A stretch of DNA of 62,942 nucleotides, the filler included, from Stramenopiles sp. TOSAG23-3 (taxonomy: Eukaryota), in assembly GCA_900128585.1 (NCBI GenBank). It is 12 parts of 12 records of this genome, joined end to end, with 100 filler letters (N's around TTAATTAATTAA, not from the genome) between each part and the next. Parts side by side here need not be neighbours in the genome. Positions count along the whole stretch, not along the records: positions 33,849 to 39,377 come from LT643503.1; positions 39,478 to 45,004 come from LT643504.1; positions 45,105 to 50,617 come from LT643505.1; 9 more parts are not named here. The stretch is one strand, 5' to 3'. The notes beneath the pieces were generated by a model. That model searched no databases and was not told where the DNA came from. It saw nothing but the letters and a program-made list of their open reading frames with translations. Positions 33,925 to 45,309 of this stretch are shown in pieces (within the stretch, counting starts at the first letter, position 1; the number at the start of each line of letters is the position of its first letter). A program made the position numbers and the translations under genes.

Positions 33925-34533
33925 TGGTTCTCAATTGATTGGTGGTTTTGGTTGTAAAAAATGAAAGACATTTTTATTAGGAAACCAACTAACGAACGAA
34001 TCAAACGAGAAGTAGAAAATAAAATAGTATTGAAATACAATAGCATCCTTTTCAACTACGTAATAAATAGAAAGACAATAGAAAATAAATAAATAAATAG
34101 ATAGAGCTAAGCTATATCCATCTAAAATAATAAATAATAAATATCAATCAAAAAAAATACAACAACATCAACAGAGTATTGAAATTATTACACAAAATAA
34201 TAATAATAAACTTTAAAAAAAGAAGATCTTCTTCTTCTTTTCTTTTTTTTCGTCGTACTACCGACCACTGTGACATTGTTGTTGTACCGGCGGTAGTAGT
34301 AGAAGTAAAATTAAAATAATGTAGTTTCTTCTTCTTCCGCGAAACTAGATTTTATACACACTGTAACAGTTTATATCTTTTATGAAATGAATGTTAACAC
34401 TTAACGGCAGATAATCCTTACTCACATCCAACCTTGTTGTGTCTCCACGTTTCTATCCCACTATCTCTCTTGACCGCTTCCAACTTGACAGCACGGTGGT
34501 CTTGGATCCCGAGACCTTTTGCCTGCTCCAGCC

Positions 34534-36420
34534 ATGCCAACTTCAGGGGCAGAGGCGTCCGCATCGAAGGACGGGGACGTCGATTCCAACAGTATCGTGA
34601 TAAACGGGGCGTCGTTCAGCGCGACGAGGCCTCCGATATCATCCATCGCGGAGAAATCCGTCGGCGAAATGGAGGACCACGTCAAGACGGAGATTTCGAA
34701 CAACGAGGAGGGGGAAATACCGGCAGACTCCTCTGCCGGAAAGAAAAGGAAGCGGGCCGCTTCGACGGACAATGGACCAAACGCGGAGGGCCCGAAAGGA
34801 CGCCTCCGTCGCGGCCGGGTGCCCAGAGGCTCGTTGGGGCCCGGGTCCCAACCCTCTGGGAAGCCGTACGTTTCCAGAGACGGCACCCATTTCACGGACG
34901 CCGTGGCTCGAAACCGGTGCCGTGTGTTCGTCGGTAACCTGGACAAAACTGCCGCGACTACGCGCAACCTTGAAACCATTTTTTCCGCGTACGGGCGGCT
35001 GGTCGACCCTCCGCACCTTATTAAGCGGGGGCGGGGGGAAAAGTGCTACGCGTTCATCCAGTACTCCAACCCCGAAGATGCTGGTAAGGCGCTGCACCGG
35101 GCCCAAGGCTTGATGATAGGCTCCCTCAAAGTGGACGTCAAGCCTGCGTCCACGGACGAGCGCACCCCCGGGGTCAAGAATCCGGCGGCCCGTGACCAGG
35201 GCAGGAAACAGTCTTCCTACCAGGAGCGCCGAAGGATTCCACCAATGCTGTCGGCGCCTCTGCAAAGAAGCGCCAAGCGCGCCGACAGCCGAAACGAAAG
35301 AAGCGGCCCTGGGTCCCGGCCCGATGTGGTCGTCTTGTGCCTCGGGGAGTCCAACGGCATTTACGGGCGCAATTTTCGAAGGAACCTTGAGCGAGATGCG
35401 TGGGTCACCACCGACTTTCAAGTCATACGCCCCAACACGCTGTCGACCTCCCTGGGAAACGTCGAACAGGCCGGTGTCCGCTTTTGCATCATCATCGGAC
35501 AAAAAAATCAAAAAAACAATTCTGTAAATTTTCGCGATTTCCAAAACGCGCGTCAGAGTCGCCATGAAGAATTAGGTGCAGAACGCGTCGTTGATATCAT
35601 CCATAAAAATCGTTCAAGCAGTAATAGCAATGGCAACGGTGCGCAAGCACAACGTTATGGCAGGGACGATAACAAATCTTTCCACGCTCGTACTAACAAC
35701 CCCCCACCAATGCTGCGCCCAGTAGCCTCCAATTCTGAACAACAACAGAACCAACGTCCTCCTCCGAGGGCGAGCGTCCGGGGAGATCACCGTGGTAGCA
35801 GCGGCAATCTCGACATGAGTGTAAATTACGACAATAAAGCACAGCCGTTCCTTTCACGGCAACCTATCTTCCCGCCAGACTCTCCCCGTGGGCAACACCA
35901 GCAATTTGCCCCGCAAGTCCAGCACCACGCGCCCATTGCCCCGCAAGTCCAGCACCACGCGCCCATTGCTCCGCAAGTCCAGCACCACGCGCCCGTTGCC
36001 ATGCACGTCCAGCACTACGCGCCCGTTCAACCTCGGGGGCAGCAGTATACACCGCTCGTTCAGCCCCCTCAGACCCAACAATACGCACCCCCGCAACAGC
36101 CGACCTATGCGCCTCCGGCGGCGCCCCAACCGCATGTGCAGGCGTACGAAATGGGTCAGTCGTACGGTCTTCAACACCCGCCAACAGCTGCCCCGCAGTA
36201 TGCGCAGCAGCAGTATGCGGTAGGCCCTACGCCGACTCCTACGTACGCGCCTGATCCCTATGCCGCGGCCGCTGCGAACGCCGTGGCGCAGATAGCCGGG
36301 CCGACTGCGGTCTACGACCCAGCTTACCCCACGAACTATCCTGAGGCGGGGGCAGACCTGATCTACGACCCGTTGGCTCAACAGCAATACAACCCGGGCG
36401 TGCCTGGCTATACTTCTTGA
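34534..36420 (+). CDS. RRM protein with an anticodon-binding-like domain and Q/P/Y-rich tail (NCOA5/Nab3-like architecture)
   Basis: RNP2 RVFVGNL and RNP1 CYAFIQY; NLS KKRKR; VRFCIIIGQKNQKNNSVNFR resembles the HGTP anticodon-binding fold. Confidence 0.7.
   Translation: MPTSGAEASASKDGDVDSNSIVINGASFSATRPPISSIAEKSVGEMEDHVKTEISNNEEGEIPADSSAGKKRKRAASTDNGPNAEGPKGRLRRGRVPRGSLGPGSQPSGKPYVSRDGTHFTDAVARNRCRVFVGNLDKTAATTRNLETIFSAYGRLVDPPHLIKRGRGEKCYAFIQYSNPEDAGKALHRAQGLMIGSLKVDVKPASTDERTPGVKNPAARDQGRKQSSYQERRRIPPMLSAPLQRSAKRADSRNERSGPGSRPDVVVLCLGESNGIYGRNFRRNLERDAWVTTDFQVIRPNTLSTSLGNVEQAGVRFCIIIGQKNQKNNSVNFRDFQNARQSRHEELGAERVVDIIHKNRSSSNSNGNGAQAQRYGRDDNKSFHARTNNPPPMLRPVASNSEQQQNQRPPPRASVRGDHRGSSGNLDMSVNYDNKAQPFLSRQPIFPPDSPRGQHQQFAPQVQHHAPIAPQVQHHAPIAPQVQHHAPVAMHVQHYAPVQPRGQQYTPLVQPPQTQQYAPPQQPTYAPPAAPQPHVQAYEMGQSYGLQHPPTAAPQYAQQQYAVGPTPTPTYAPDPYAAAAANAVAQIAGPTAVYDPAYPTNYPEAGADLIYDPLAQQQYNPGVPGYTS
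35908..36027 (+). repeat. Coding 30-bp tandem repeat (APQVQHHAPI, about 4 copies)
   Basis: gccccgcaagtccagcaccacgcgcccatt repeated. Confidence 0.9.
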
Positions 36421-36817
36421 CCGCGCGTGGGTGGTTTTGAAAATGAGCTGTCCCATGTTTTTCTCCCCAAGTTCGAAGTAAATTTCGATTGTTTGAAACG
36501 AAAATACTCTCTCTCCGTAACAAATCCAGCAACACAGCAAAATGAAATATTTGGTTTGTGTGTTTGTCAATATTTTGTTCTTGTAAAAACTCTCTTCTCG
36601 CTCTCAGTCTGGTAAGCATACTTATAGTTTACTGCAAAAAGAGAGATAGAGGTATGTCATGAATGGGGTAATTAAAGAAAGAAGAGAAATGTGCACTTCG
36701 TCATGTTACGCACATTAGTACGGAGTAGTAATTCTTAATCACGAAACCTTTCTGCAGAAAAAAATGTGTGTACATGATATGTAAGAACTCGTGTTACGGT
36801 TGTGCCTTTTGCTTTTT

Positions 36818-36879
36818 AAATTAAACTTTACGGGTGCTGATAAAATTAAACTTTACGGGTGCTGATAAAATTAAACTTT
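36818..36879. repeat. 25-bp tandem repeat, 2.5 copies, in a convergent intergenic region
   Basis: aaattaaactttacgggtgctgata repeated. Confidence 0.92.
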
Positions 36880-36913
36880 TTATTTACACTTCACTTGCAG
36901 TCCTCGCCCTACT

Positions 36914-38527
36914 TCAGGCATCCGCCTCCGAAAACCCGTGGCTGACGTAAGGCAAAAAATGAGGCGCCTTTACCTTTGCCAACGGCTTCATCGTTTTCGC
37001 GTCCAGAACTAACAAGTACGATGTCCCAATGTCGCCGCCTAGGACCTGGGAAACTAAGACGCCATCGTCTTCGTCCGTCGCACCAGGGCGAGGGATAAAA
37101 TTTGGTTCCGTCGGGAACTGGTCCTTTTCGTACCACGTCACAGTTTCGCCAGTATCCACGTCGACTTTCACCAGCGTGTTCCACCACACGCCCTCGCCGT
37201 GGTCGCCCGTGGCGTACACGTACTTATGCTTGTGGCCAACGAATTTGGGGTTTATGTGGGGGAGGTCGAAGCTGGTCTTGGACAAAACCTCTGAGGTTAC
37301 CTTGTCGCCGCCGCCTTTGACCGGTACATGAAAGCGTTTGAACACGTTGCTGGGGATCGACCACGAGTTGTTTCGCAGCGTTTTCAGTTCGAAGGCGTTC
37401 ATGTGCTCGCAGCTGGCCTTGCCGGTGGAATTCTCGCAGGGGACCGTGGTAATGTCGACCACCACGTCCCCCGAATCGTCTTCGTAGGCGTTCACATGGT
37501 GGTACGCAAACACGGGCTCGATGTAGTACGATTTTACGATCTTCCACGTGTTCTTGTCGATGACCTTGACGTGCGTCCCGTTCTCCGGCCGCCACGTAAG
37601 GTCGGGCAGGATGTTGGTGGAGATGATGATTTTCATGACGTCCCACTCCAACGGGAATTCAAAGGTCACGATGTAGTTGGGGGTGTGGGCGAACGAGTGC
37701 ATGTACGGGCTCTTTCCGTTCACGATGGGCACGGTCAGCATCAGCTCTCGGGAGAGAGTGTCGCCTTTGCTCGTGTCGATCCGGTAGAACTCCCAACGGT
37801 TCATTTTGCCGATGTGGGGCATGTTTCCCATGACGTGGACGTGGTAGTTGTAGATGAAGGGGTCCCCAGGGAGCTTGCTCGGGTGCGCGCACGTAATCAA
37901 GGTAAACTTGCTCGTCAGCGTGTCGTTAAAGGTCAGGCGCCCCAAAGTGTTCAGATTCAGCTGGTCGATTTCCACTTGCCCCGCCATGTCCGAGAGCGTT
38001 ACCAAACGGTTCCCAAACTTCATGATGTTGACGTTCAAGTTGTCGCTGAGCAAGTGGGCCAGCGTGGCGAGCTTCTCGGCCGTGTTCATCGGCGGCGTGA
38101 CGCCCCCGAACGTTCGGAAAGTCGGCACGCTTTCCTTTGACTTTTGGTAGTACGAGGAGTTCACGAACTTATTGGAGAAGGACACCTTATTCCCGTCGAT
38201 CCTCCACTTTGCCACATAGGCCATTACGTCGAAGAGGTAGTTGAAGGCAAACCCTTTCCCCTCGTACTTTCCAAAGCCGTTGTTAAACTTCGTGGCGTGG
38301 ACCCAGTCAGGGATCCCGTCCCCGCTCAGCCTTTCCACCTCCACCGTCATGTTTTCAACGTCCCCTTTGACGGACACAAACAGGTTTTTAAACCCTGAAC
38401 CCTCGCCTTCCTCCGAGGACTCGAACACGACGGTGGTGGTGTCCGAGGCGAAGGCCACGCTGCACACGGAACATAGCACCAGCGCCAGGCCGAGTGCTTT
38501 CGACAGACCGGACGTCGTAGCAACCAT
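36914..38527 (-). CDS. Carotenoid cleavage oxygenase (RPE65/BCO family) with N-terminal signal peptide
   Basis: Four Fe-binding His (TCAHP, YMHSF, YHHVNAYE, SHG); EPNFIPRPGATDEDDGVL and LLVLDAKTM; signal LGLALVLCSVCSVAFA. Confidence 0.92.
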   Translation of the reverse strand: MVATTSGLSKALGLALVLCSVCSVAFASDTTTVVFESSEEGEGSGFKNLFVSVKGDVENMTVEVERLSGDGIPDWVHATKFNNGFGKYEGKGFAFNYLFDVMAYVAKWRIDGNKVSFSNKFVNSSYYQKSKESVPTFRTFGGVTPPMNTAEKLATLAHLLSDNLNVNIMKFGNRLVTLSDMAGQVEIDQLNLNTLGRLTFNDTLTSKFTLITCAHPSKLPGDPFIYNYHVHVMGNMPHIGKMNRWEFYRIDTSKGDTLSRELMLTVPIVNGKSPYMHSFAHTPNYIVTFEFPLEWDVMKIIISTNILPDLTWRPENGTHVKVIDKNTWKIVKSYYIEPVFAYHHVNAYEDDSGDVVVDITTVPCENSTGKASCEHMNAFELKTLRNNSWSIPSNVFKRFHVPVKGGGDKVTSEVLSKTSFDLPHINPKFVGHKHKYVYATGDHGEGVWWNTLVKVDVDTGETVTWYEKDQFPTEPNFIPRPGATDEDDGVLVSQVLGGDIGTSYLLVLDAKTMKPLAKVKAPHFLPYVSHGFSEADA

Positions 38528-39231
38528 ACTACTATGAATATAAAATTTAAGTTATTTTTGAAAGTACCACTCTGCGCTGAAACGAACCGATATGTACATA
38601 TGCAGATACGTGATTAGATTTGTCCTTTTTCCTGTGATTTCTTGAATGAAGTGGTTTGTACATTTTGGGAAATCTAAGGAAAGGAAAGGGAATTTGTTGT
38701 TTCACAATAATTTCTTTGTAATTTCCCGTAATAATAATAATAAAATACAACTAACTACTATATACTCATACACCTCCTCCTTGTTCTATATTATATTCTT
38801 TTTTTCTTCATCAAGCAAGGTACACAGTACAGTTATTCATGTCCGAAATGGTGGTTTTTCTTTTTTTTTTTTTTTTATTATTTACGAGGAGGACTACGTG
38901 TATTATACTTTTTTATGGAACACAGCACAGCAATAAAAGAAAAGAAAAGAAAAGAAAAAGAAAGAAAAGAAAAAAAGGAATGGTCCGTCATTCTTAACTA
39001 TTGCAATGGTATGTATATGTTATTTTAATTTGTTTTTTTATTATTAGTTTATTTATTTAAAAGAAAAGCAGGTGGTACAGTAAGTAGGATGTGTTTAATA
39101 AAAGTATAAATATTTTATAGTCATTCTAATAAAATAGATCTATTTAGTTAATTATCCTCGTTCGTAGTAGAGTCCTCGTAATGGTTGTATTGAAACTATG
39201 CTGTGTGACCTTTATTGTCATTAGGGAAGCC

Positions 39232-39377
39232 TGAGAAGAGAAGAGAAGAGAAGAGAAGAGAAGAGAAGAGAAGAGAAGAGAAGAGAAGAGAAGATAAAAG
39301 AAGAGAAGAGAAGAGAAGAGAAGAGAAGAGAAGAGAAGAGAAGAGAAGAGAAGAGAAGAGAAGAGAAGAGAAGAGAA
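39232..39377. repeat. (AAGAG)n microsatellite at contig end
   Basis: Pentamer array. Confidence 0.95.
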
Positions 39378-39528
39378 NNNNNNNNNNNNNNNNNNNNNNN
39401 NNNNNNNNNNNNNNNNNNNNNTTAATTAATTAANNNNNNNNNNNNNNNNNNNNNNNNNNNNNNNNNNNNNNNNNNNNTTTGTTTTAAAAAAAAAGCTGTG
39501 GTAGTTTTTAAAAGAATTCTTACTTAGT

Positions 39529-39755
39529 TACAGTATCTATATAAAAAAAAACAAATTATATTATATAGTATGTTTGTTTATTAAGAGTACAGTATCTATA
39601 TATAATTTGCTATCATTAGTTTTTTTTTATTTATATAAAATTTGCTTTTTCATATTAATTTTAACTACTTAAAAGGCTCTAACAGCCAATTTTTTGTTTT
39701 AAGTTTATCATGAAGCTAAATTTAATTACTTAAATAACAGCCAATTTTCTTGTTT
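39529..39755. mobile_element. Cluster of three short elements: a 44-bp variant between 15-bp direct repeats (39529-39602) and two AACAGCCAATTTT copies (39666-39700, 39727-39755)
   Basis: TACAGTATCTATATA at 39529-39543 and 39588-39602; tacttaaataacagccaattttcttgttt at 39727. Confidence 0.5.
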
Positions 39756-39790
39756 CATTATAATATCTTAGGAGAATTCCAAACTGTTTT

Positions 39791-41646
39791 TTACTTTTGC
39801 TTCTTCTTGGACGACCGTTTTTGCTTCAAACGCACTAGTTTCTTTTCCAGCTCTTCAGCTTGTGCCTTGTCCCCTCTAACTTGTTTGTAGAAGAGGGCAA
39901 GTCTTGACAAATTCGCCAAGTGACGAGGGTTAAACTGGTATACTCTTTTTAATATTTCTTCCACTTCATCAAAAGGTTGATCCTCGTCGTACTCCCACAT
40001 CAGCATCGCAGACAGCGACAAACAGTCAGGGTCATTAGGTTGAATGGCCAAGGCTTTATCTAAAAGTTTCTTTGCACCACGATGATCATGCCTTGATGTA
40101 AGCAGAAATTGAGCATAATTATGCAAGTTGTACACATGATCTGGATTTGCGTCTATCGCTTGTTTATACAGCTTTAGTGCAAGCTGGGGGTCCTTTCTTA
40201 CATCTAAAAAGGTAGGAAAAAAGCAGGTGTTAGAAAAGTGTACTGGGAATTATTTTCGGGAACGAATCTGTGTTCATACTTACCGGCCATAAAATCTGCA
40301 TAATTTCCTATGTTGTCCGCGTGTTTGGGGTCAACACGCACCGCACGCCGATAAAAAGACTCAGCATCATCGTACTTGTTGTGCACATCAGCAAGAAGAT
40401 TGGCGAGATTACCGAGGGCATCTGCATGATTCTCGTCGAGTTGGATCGCTCTACGATAGTGCCGCTCACTGCTTTCGTAGTCCCGTCTGGCATGTTTCAG
40501 AAGGTTTGCATAATTATAATGCACGGACGCGGAGGTCGGATCAATTTTCAGGGACCTTTTATAAAGCTCCTCGGATTTGTCAAAGTCTTTTCGAACATTT
40601 TTCAGGAACGAGGCATAATCGCCAAGTGCCAGTGGGTCATTCGGGTTCGCTTCGATGGACAACTTGAAATACTTCCCCGCCCCGTCGTTGTCTTTTCTGA
40701 TTTCCTCCAGCAGAACGGCCAAATTATACAAGGCGAACGCGTGCTTCGAGTTTGCCTTGATAGCGAGGCGATAGTACTTTTCCGCGTTGTCATAATCCTT
40801 TCGGGTGCTGTCAAGCATAACTCCATAGTTATACAGCGAGTTGGCGTGCATGGGGTTCAATGCAATCGCCCTCAGGTACAGCTTTTCGGCCTGTTCGTAG
40901 TTCTGGTTAACATCCGCAAGAAACAGAGCATAGTTCCCAATGTTGTTTACATGGGAGTCGTCGCTGGCTACGGCCTGTTGGTACAGTTTATCTGCCTCTT
41001 CGTATCTAGCAAGAGTACCATGCAGAAGCACTGCATAATTTCCCAAGGCATCTGGGTGCGTTGGATTGTGACTCAGTGCTTGCTTGTAACACTCTTCAGC
41101 ACCTTTGTAATCACGCCTGACGTGTTTCTTGAAGTTACCGAACTTGACAATTATAGTCGAGTGCGACGGATGAGATCTCGCCGCAAGTTCAAAGTATTTT
41201 TCGGCTTCGTCGTACTTTTTTCTTGCTCTGTGCAGCAGCACAGCATAATTCCCCAATGCCAACGGGTCGTTTGGATTTAAGCCTAAAATCTTCTGGTAGA
41301 TGTCCTCTGCCCGATCAACGTCGCCCAGTTCGGACTCTAAAAACTGTGCAAACGACCCCAAATAAACACAGTGGGAACTAACAACTTTTACCCGGGCGTC
41401 CGGGATATCTCTACTGTTCTCCTTCCTATCAATCGCTTTCCTAATCTCACCTTGCTCCTTTTCTATCGCCTTTTCCATGCGGGCGTAAAATGTCAACGCT
41501 CGGTCAGAGTCGTTCTTGATTTCCGCGAGAAATTTAGCATAGCTCCCCAACGCAATAACTGGGGTTACCCTTCCACTCTTACCCTTGGCAGCCAGCTCCA
41601 CATCTTTCAAATATTTCTTCTCCTCTTCTGCTATGAACAGATCCAT
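39791..41646 (-). CDS. Multi-TPR protein, two exons (41646-40284 and 40203-39791), intron 40283-40204
   Basis: More than ten TPRs (ALGNYAVLLH..YDEAEKYF); GTAAGT donor, CTAAC branch, TAG acceptor; the splice restores the frame (FMAD-VRKDPQ). Confidence 0.9.
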
Positions 41647-42172
41647 CCTAGTTCTAATCCTGATTCTGATAATGAGTGAAGCTTAAAGGTGCTTCGCATC
41701 GTTTTTAATTTGTTGTTTAATAATTTTTTTATGTTTGTTCCCAATAAAACAGGAACTGCGATGTGATGCATATAGAAATCTGACATGGCATAGAAGAAAT
41801 GACAAAAGCTCAATAAATTCTTCGGTTGGAATGGAACGACGACGACGTTATATTTTTTCATTATTATTATTATTTATAGACGAATAGTTGAGAGGTTGCT
41901 TTCTTTTGGTGGCACAGCAGCAGAGTGGGCACAGATTGTTGGTAATAAATTGAATTTTCTCCTCGGTGCGTTTTTTTACTTGGTAATGTGACAATAGGTA
42001 GGCACCTTCAATGTTCCCTATTATTATCTAATAATCTAAAATATTATAACTAGAGATATATAGTATAGTAACAAACAAAAAAATAAAATAATAAAAAACG
42101 GTTTCGAAGAATTCAGCAAAAACACACAGAAAATAATAGTCCTTTATAGTATTATTAATATTGTATTATACC

Positions 42173-42186
42173 TGGTACCGGTACCA
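42173..42186. promoter_or_regulatory. Perfect 14-bp palindrome TGGTACCGGTACCA between divergent genes
   Basis: The GGTACCGGT core also occurs at 1543, 1813 and 7901, each upstream of a gene start. Confidence 0.35.
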
Positions 42187-42594
42187 AGTATTAAAATAAA
42201 TAAAAATTTCTATGAAAAGCGAATAGTACTACTTGGTAATTTTTTGTATTAATAATAAATAGATTGAGATGATGGAGATGAAATGGGTCATCAGTCTTAC
42301 TTCATGTCGTCGTCAGTCAGTCATCACTCTTGATAATTCATTATTACTGTTCTTGTACGTAAAGTAAAAAAAAACCATTACAGCTATTTGTTTTTGCCGC
42401 ATTCCCCCCCGGAGGATTTTGTTTAGAAGAGTATACATTTTTTGCAAACGCTCACCACAAAATAGAGATTACTGCTGCTCGCAAGGAGTCGCAAACATTT
42501 TTGACCGTCTCGCCTGCACGAGAATTCCACTCTGCTTCTCAGATACACCTGGGTCATGGCGCTGTAGAATAAAAAAATCCCAACCGTAACCAGT

Positions 42595-44712
42595 ATGTAT
42601 AACGCTGAAAAATCAATTCGGAATTTGCCTATTTGGGTTCAAACCGCCATGCAAGCATGTGTGACATCTGGCGGGACGCTGGGCGCAAAGTCCCTCGCTT
42701 CGTCTTTGACAGGTGATCGTGCATCTCGTTTACTGGAAATTGACTCAAAGTGCAGGCAAGCACGCCTGAAAGCAATGAGGGAACGAAGAAGTCTCCTTGA
42801 AGCGGAAAATTTAATAAGATTTGTAGAGGATGAAAGCAATCGTGGACCCGAGGTCAACGACAGGAAAAAAAAAACCGGAAAGAAAAGCGTCAATATTGCC
42901 GGAGCGAAGAAAGTAAAGACCAAGGCGCCCAAGCTTCGTAAAAGAGCAACGAATGCTGCTAACCGCATGGAAAAAAAAGAACGGAAGAAAAAGACGTACA
43001 AAGACCTCAACGCAAAGGACGTCGCGCTTCTGCGAGCTTGTGGTGTCCGCAGAGAAATGGCATCGACATGGCTGCTTGACGAAGATCCAGAGCCAAAGGC
43101 ATGGACCCCTTTTGAGAAAAGGATATTACCTCATCATAAACCGTGGCCACCGTGGCCCAAACCGGGAATACTTGTTGATAGAGCACGAGTCTTAGAGCGC
43201 CTTCGAAACGCGCCGGTACCGAACAAAATGGAGTTAGCCGCGATAGTAAAAGACGAAATAACATTTCGTCCAGAAAATGCCCCAGACTACCATTCCAACA
43301 GGATGACGACATTATACGGCGAGGGCCCTGCGTACATGCCACAGGACCATTTGAAGAAAAATTTAGCTCCAAAACTAGCACCAACGTTTGACAAAGAAGA
43401 GCATTTGGAAGGAAGGTTTATTCGCGGCAATAACTCTGTCCCAGCTCCCCACGACTACGGGGATACGTCCCGAAACAAGCTAACGATGGCATCGGCTCCA
43501 GGTGCAGGTTGGTATGGTCATGCACAATCATTGGAAGAAGTCGTGCCTCCTGTGGTCACCGAAGAGCCAGGCCCGTGCGATTATTTCAGGTATGCACCTT
43601 TTGGTGACGCCATGAAAGGTGCAAGAATCAATTCGAGGGGTGTGACAGACAACGAGTCGAAGGCTATAAAGGCGAGTCGACTCCCGGGGCCGGGGCAGTA
43701 TCATGTTGAGAACGACAAGATACTGAGCACATTCCATGCCCCCACAGCATTTATTAGTAAGAAAATTACTGAGACGCACATCGATAAAATAATGCGGGAA
43801 AGCAAGCGGACCCCCGGGCCAGCCGATTATTCCCAACAGAAGCCCCTGGACGAGGATTTGAAAGGTGGTCGTTTTAGCACAGCCTTTCCCCTCACCCCAC
43901 TTGACCTTGTACAAATACGGGCTGAAGAAGTCCCCGGGCCGAATAAATATTTTGCATCCTGCGGTGGTGTACCTAGATATAGAATCCCACCGGGAGCGCC
44001 AAAGTTTTCCACAACAGTCGAAAAGACACCCATGGAGTTGCTCATGAAACGGTCCGCTGAAACACCCGGTCCCGGGCAGTACAAATTGAAGGAAATAGAG
44101 ATTCACGGTGGAGTAATTTCGAAATCCGAAATTCCCACTACTGCTGATGTCATTGCAAAGCGTGCTGAGAAGATTCCTGGTCCACCACGTTACGCCGATA
44201 CGTTTTTGAAGTCGTCAACTGAAAGTATTGGAGGCGGCAGATTTAGCACCGCAAAACCAAAAACGAACCTAGAGTGGGTAATCTTACGGAGTAAAGAAAT
44301 TCCTGGTCCCGCCGAGTACCAAAGCACAAAACATAGAAAACTGAACGTCTCTGGTGGGACCATCAGCACAGCAAAAATTTTGACCGAGTCACAGCGGATC
44401 GCTCGGAAAGCAGGCAGACTTCCTGGACCAAATGACTACCAAAAAGGAACAAAATCTTTGGCCGATGAAATAAAAGGGGGGAGATTCAGCACCGCGTGCC
44501 CAAAGGGAGAGTTAGAGCTTGTAGCATTACGGAGTGCAGAAGTGCCAGGTCCATCTCGCTACAAACTTCCAAACGAGCTGACTCAAATGCCGGGAGGGTC
44601 GTTTAGCACAGCGTTTGTACCGTCAACTCTAAGCCTACTAATTGAGAAAAGTTCTAAAGTGCCGGGGCCAGGGAAGTACACCCCTAACATAGACGTTCTC
44701 GGAAGCCGATGA
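42595..44712 (+). CDS. SHIPPO/ODF3-like (STPG, PGPGxY repeat) axonemal protein
   Basis: About ten PGPxxY repeats with GGRFSTA linkers. Confidence 0.85.
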   Translation: MYNAEKSIRNLPIWVQTAMQACVTSGGTLGAKSLASSLTGDRASRLLEIDSKCRQARLKAMRERRSLLEAENLIRFVEDESNRGPEVNDRKKKTGKKSVNIAGAKKVKTKAPKLRKRATNAANRMEKKERKKKTYKDLNAKDVALLRACGVRREMASTWLLDEDPEPKAWTPFEKRILPHHKPWPPWPKPGILVDRARVLERLRNAPVPNKMELAAIVKDEITFRPENAPDYHSNRMTTLYGEGPAYMPQDHLKKNLAPKLAPTFDKEEHLEGRFIRGNNSVPAPHDYGDTSRNKLTMASAPGAGWYGHAQSLEEVVPPVVTEEPGPCDYFRYAPFGDAMKGARINSRGVTDNESKAIKASRLPGPGQYHVENDKILSTFHAPTAFISKKITETHIDKIMRESKRTPGPADYSQQKPLDEDLKGGRFSTAFPLTPLDLVQIRAEEVPGPNKYFASCGGVPRYRIPPGAPKFSTTVEKTPMELLMKRSAETPGPGQYKLKEIEIHGGVISKSEIPTTADVIAKRAEKIPGPPRYADTFLKSSTESIGGGRFSTAKPKTNLEWVILRSKEIPGPAEYQSTKHRKLNVSGGTISTAKILTESQRIARKAGRLPGPNDYQKGTKSLADEIKGGRFSTACPKGELELVALRSAEVPGPSRYKLPNELTQMPGGSFSTAFVPSTLSLLIEKSSKVPGPGKYTPNIDVLGSR

Positions 44713-45309
44713 AAATAAAAATTCGTCGTGGGATTTTAATTTATTTTTCTTGCTTTTAAAATTATTGTACACTGCGAACTGAACTCTACTCTAAACACTT
44801 TGAATCTGCTCCTTTGAATCTCCTCCTTTTCACCATATAAGAGGTTTACGTTCCTTCATGTACTGCGAACTTATCTGTTGCTCTTGTGGTTTTGCTAAAA
44901 TCAATATTTAAAATATATTTTCGGTATATCATACTCGTATTACTTCTCGTTATCTCTTTACATCTCACAAATTTTCAGTCAAAAATTCTCGCTTTATTTC
45001 CCTTNNNNNNNNNNNNNNNNNNNNNNNNNNNNNNNNNNNNNNNNNNNNTTAATTAATTAANNNNNNNNNNNNNNNNNNNNNNNNNNNNNNNNNNNNNNNN
45101 NNNNCAACAACAACAAAAACAAAGAAGAAAGAAAAGCGACACAAGACGAATTTTAGATACTTACAGAAATTCTAAGATTCAAAAGTGCTTATTGTAATGA
45201 ATTGTTTAGTGGTTCACCCGAAAGTATTTATCAGAGAATGTATACATCTTTACGCGTGTATGCACATTGCTTATTGGATTAGAATTCATATCAAACCAAA
45301 AAAGTCTAA

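Noticed and set aside
36818-36879. CRISPR-like repeat
   Set aside because: Head-to-tail identical 25-mers with no unique spacers and no cas genes.
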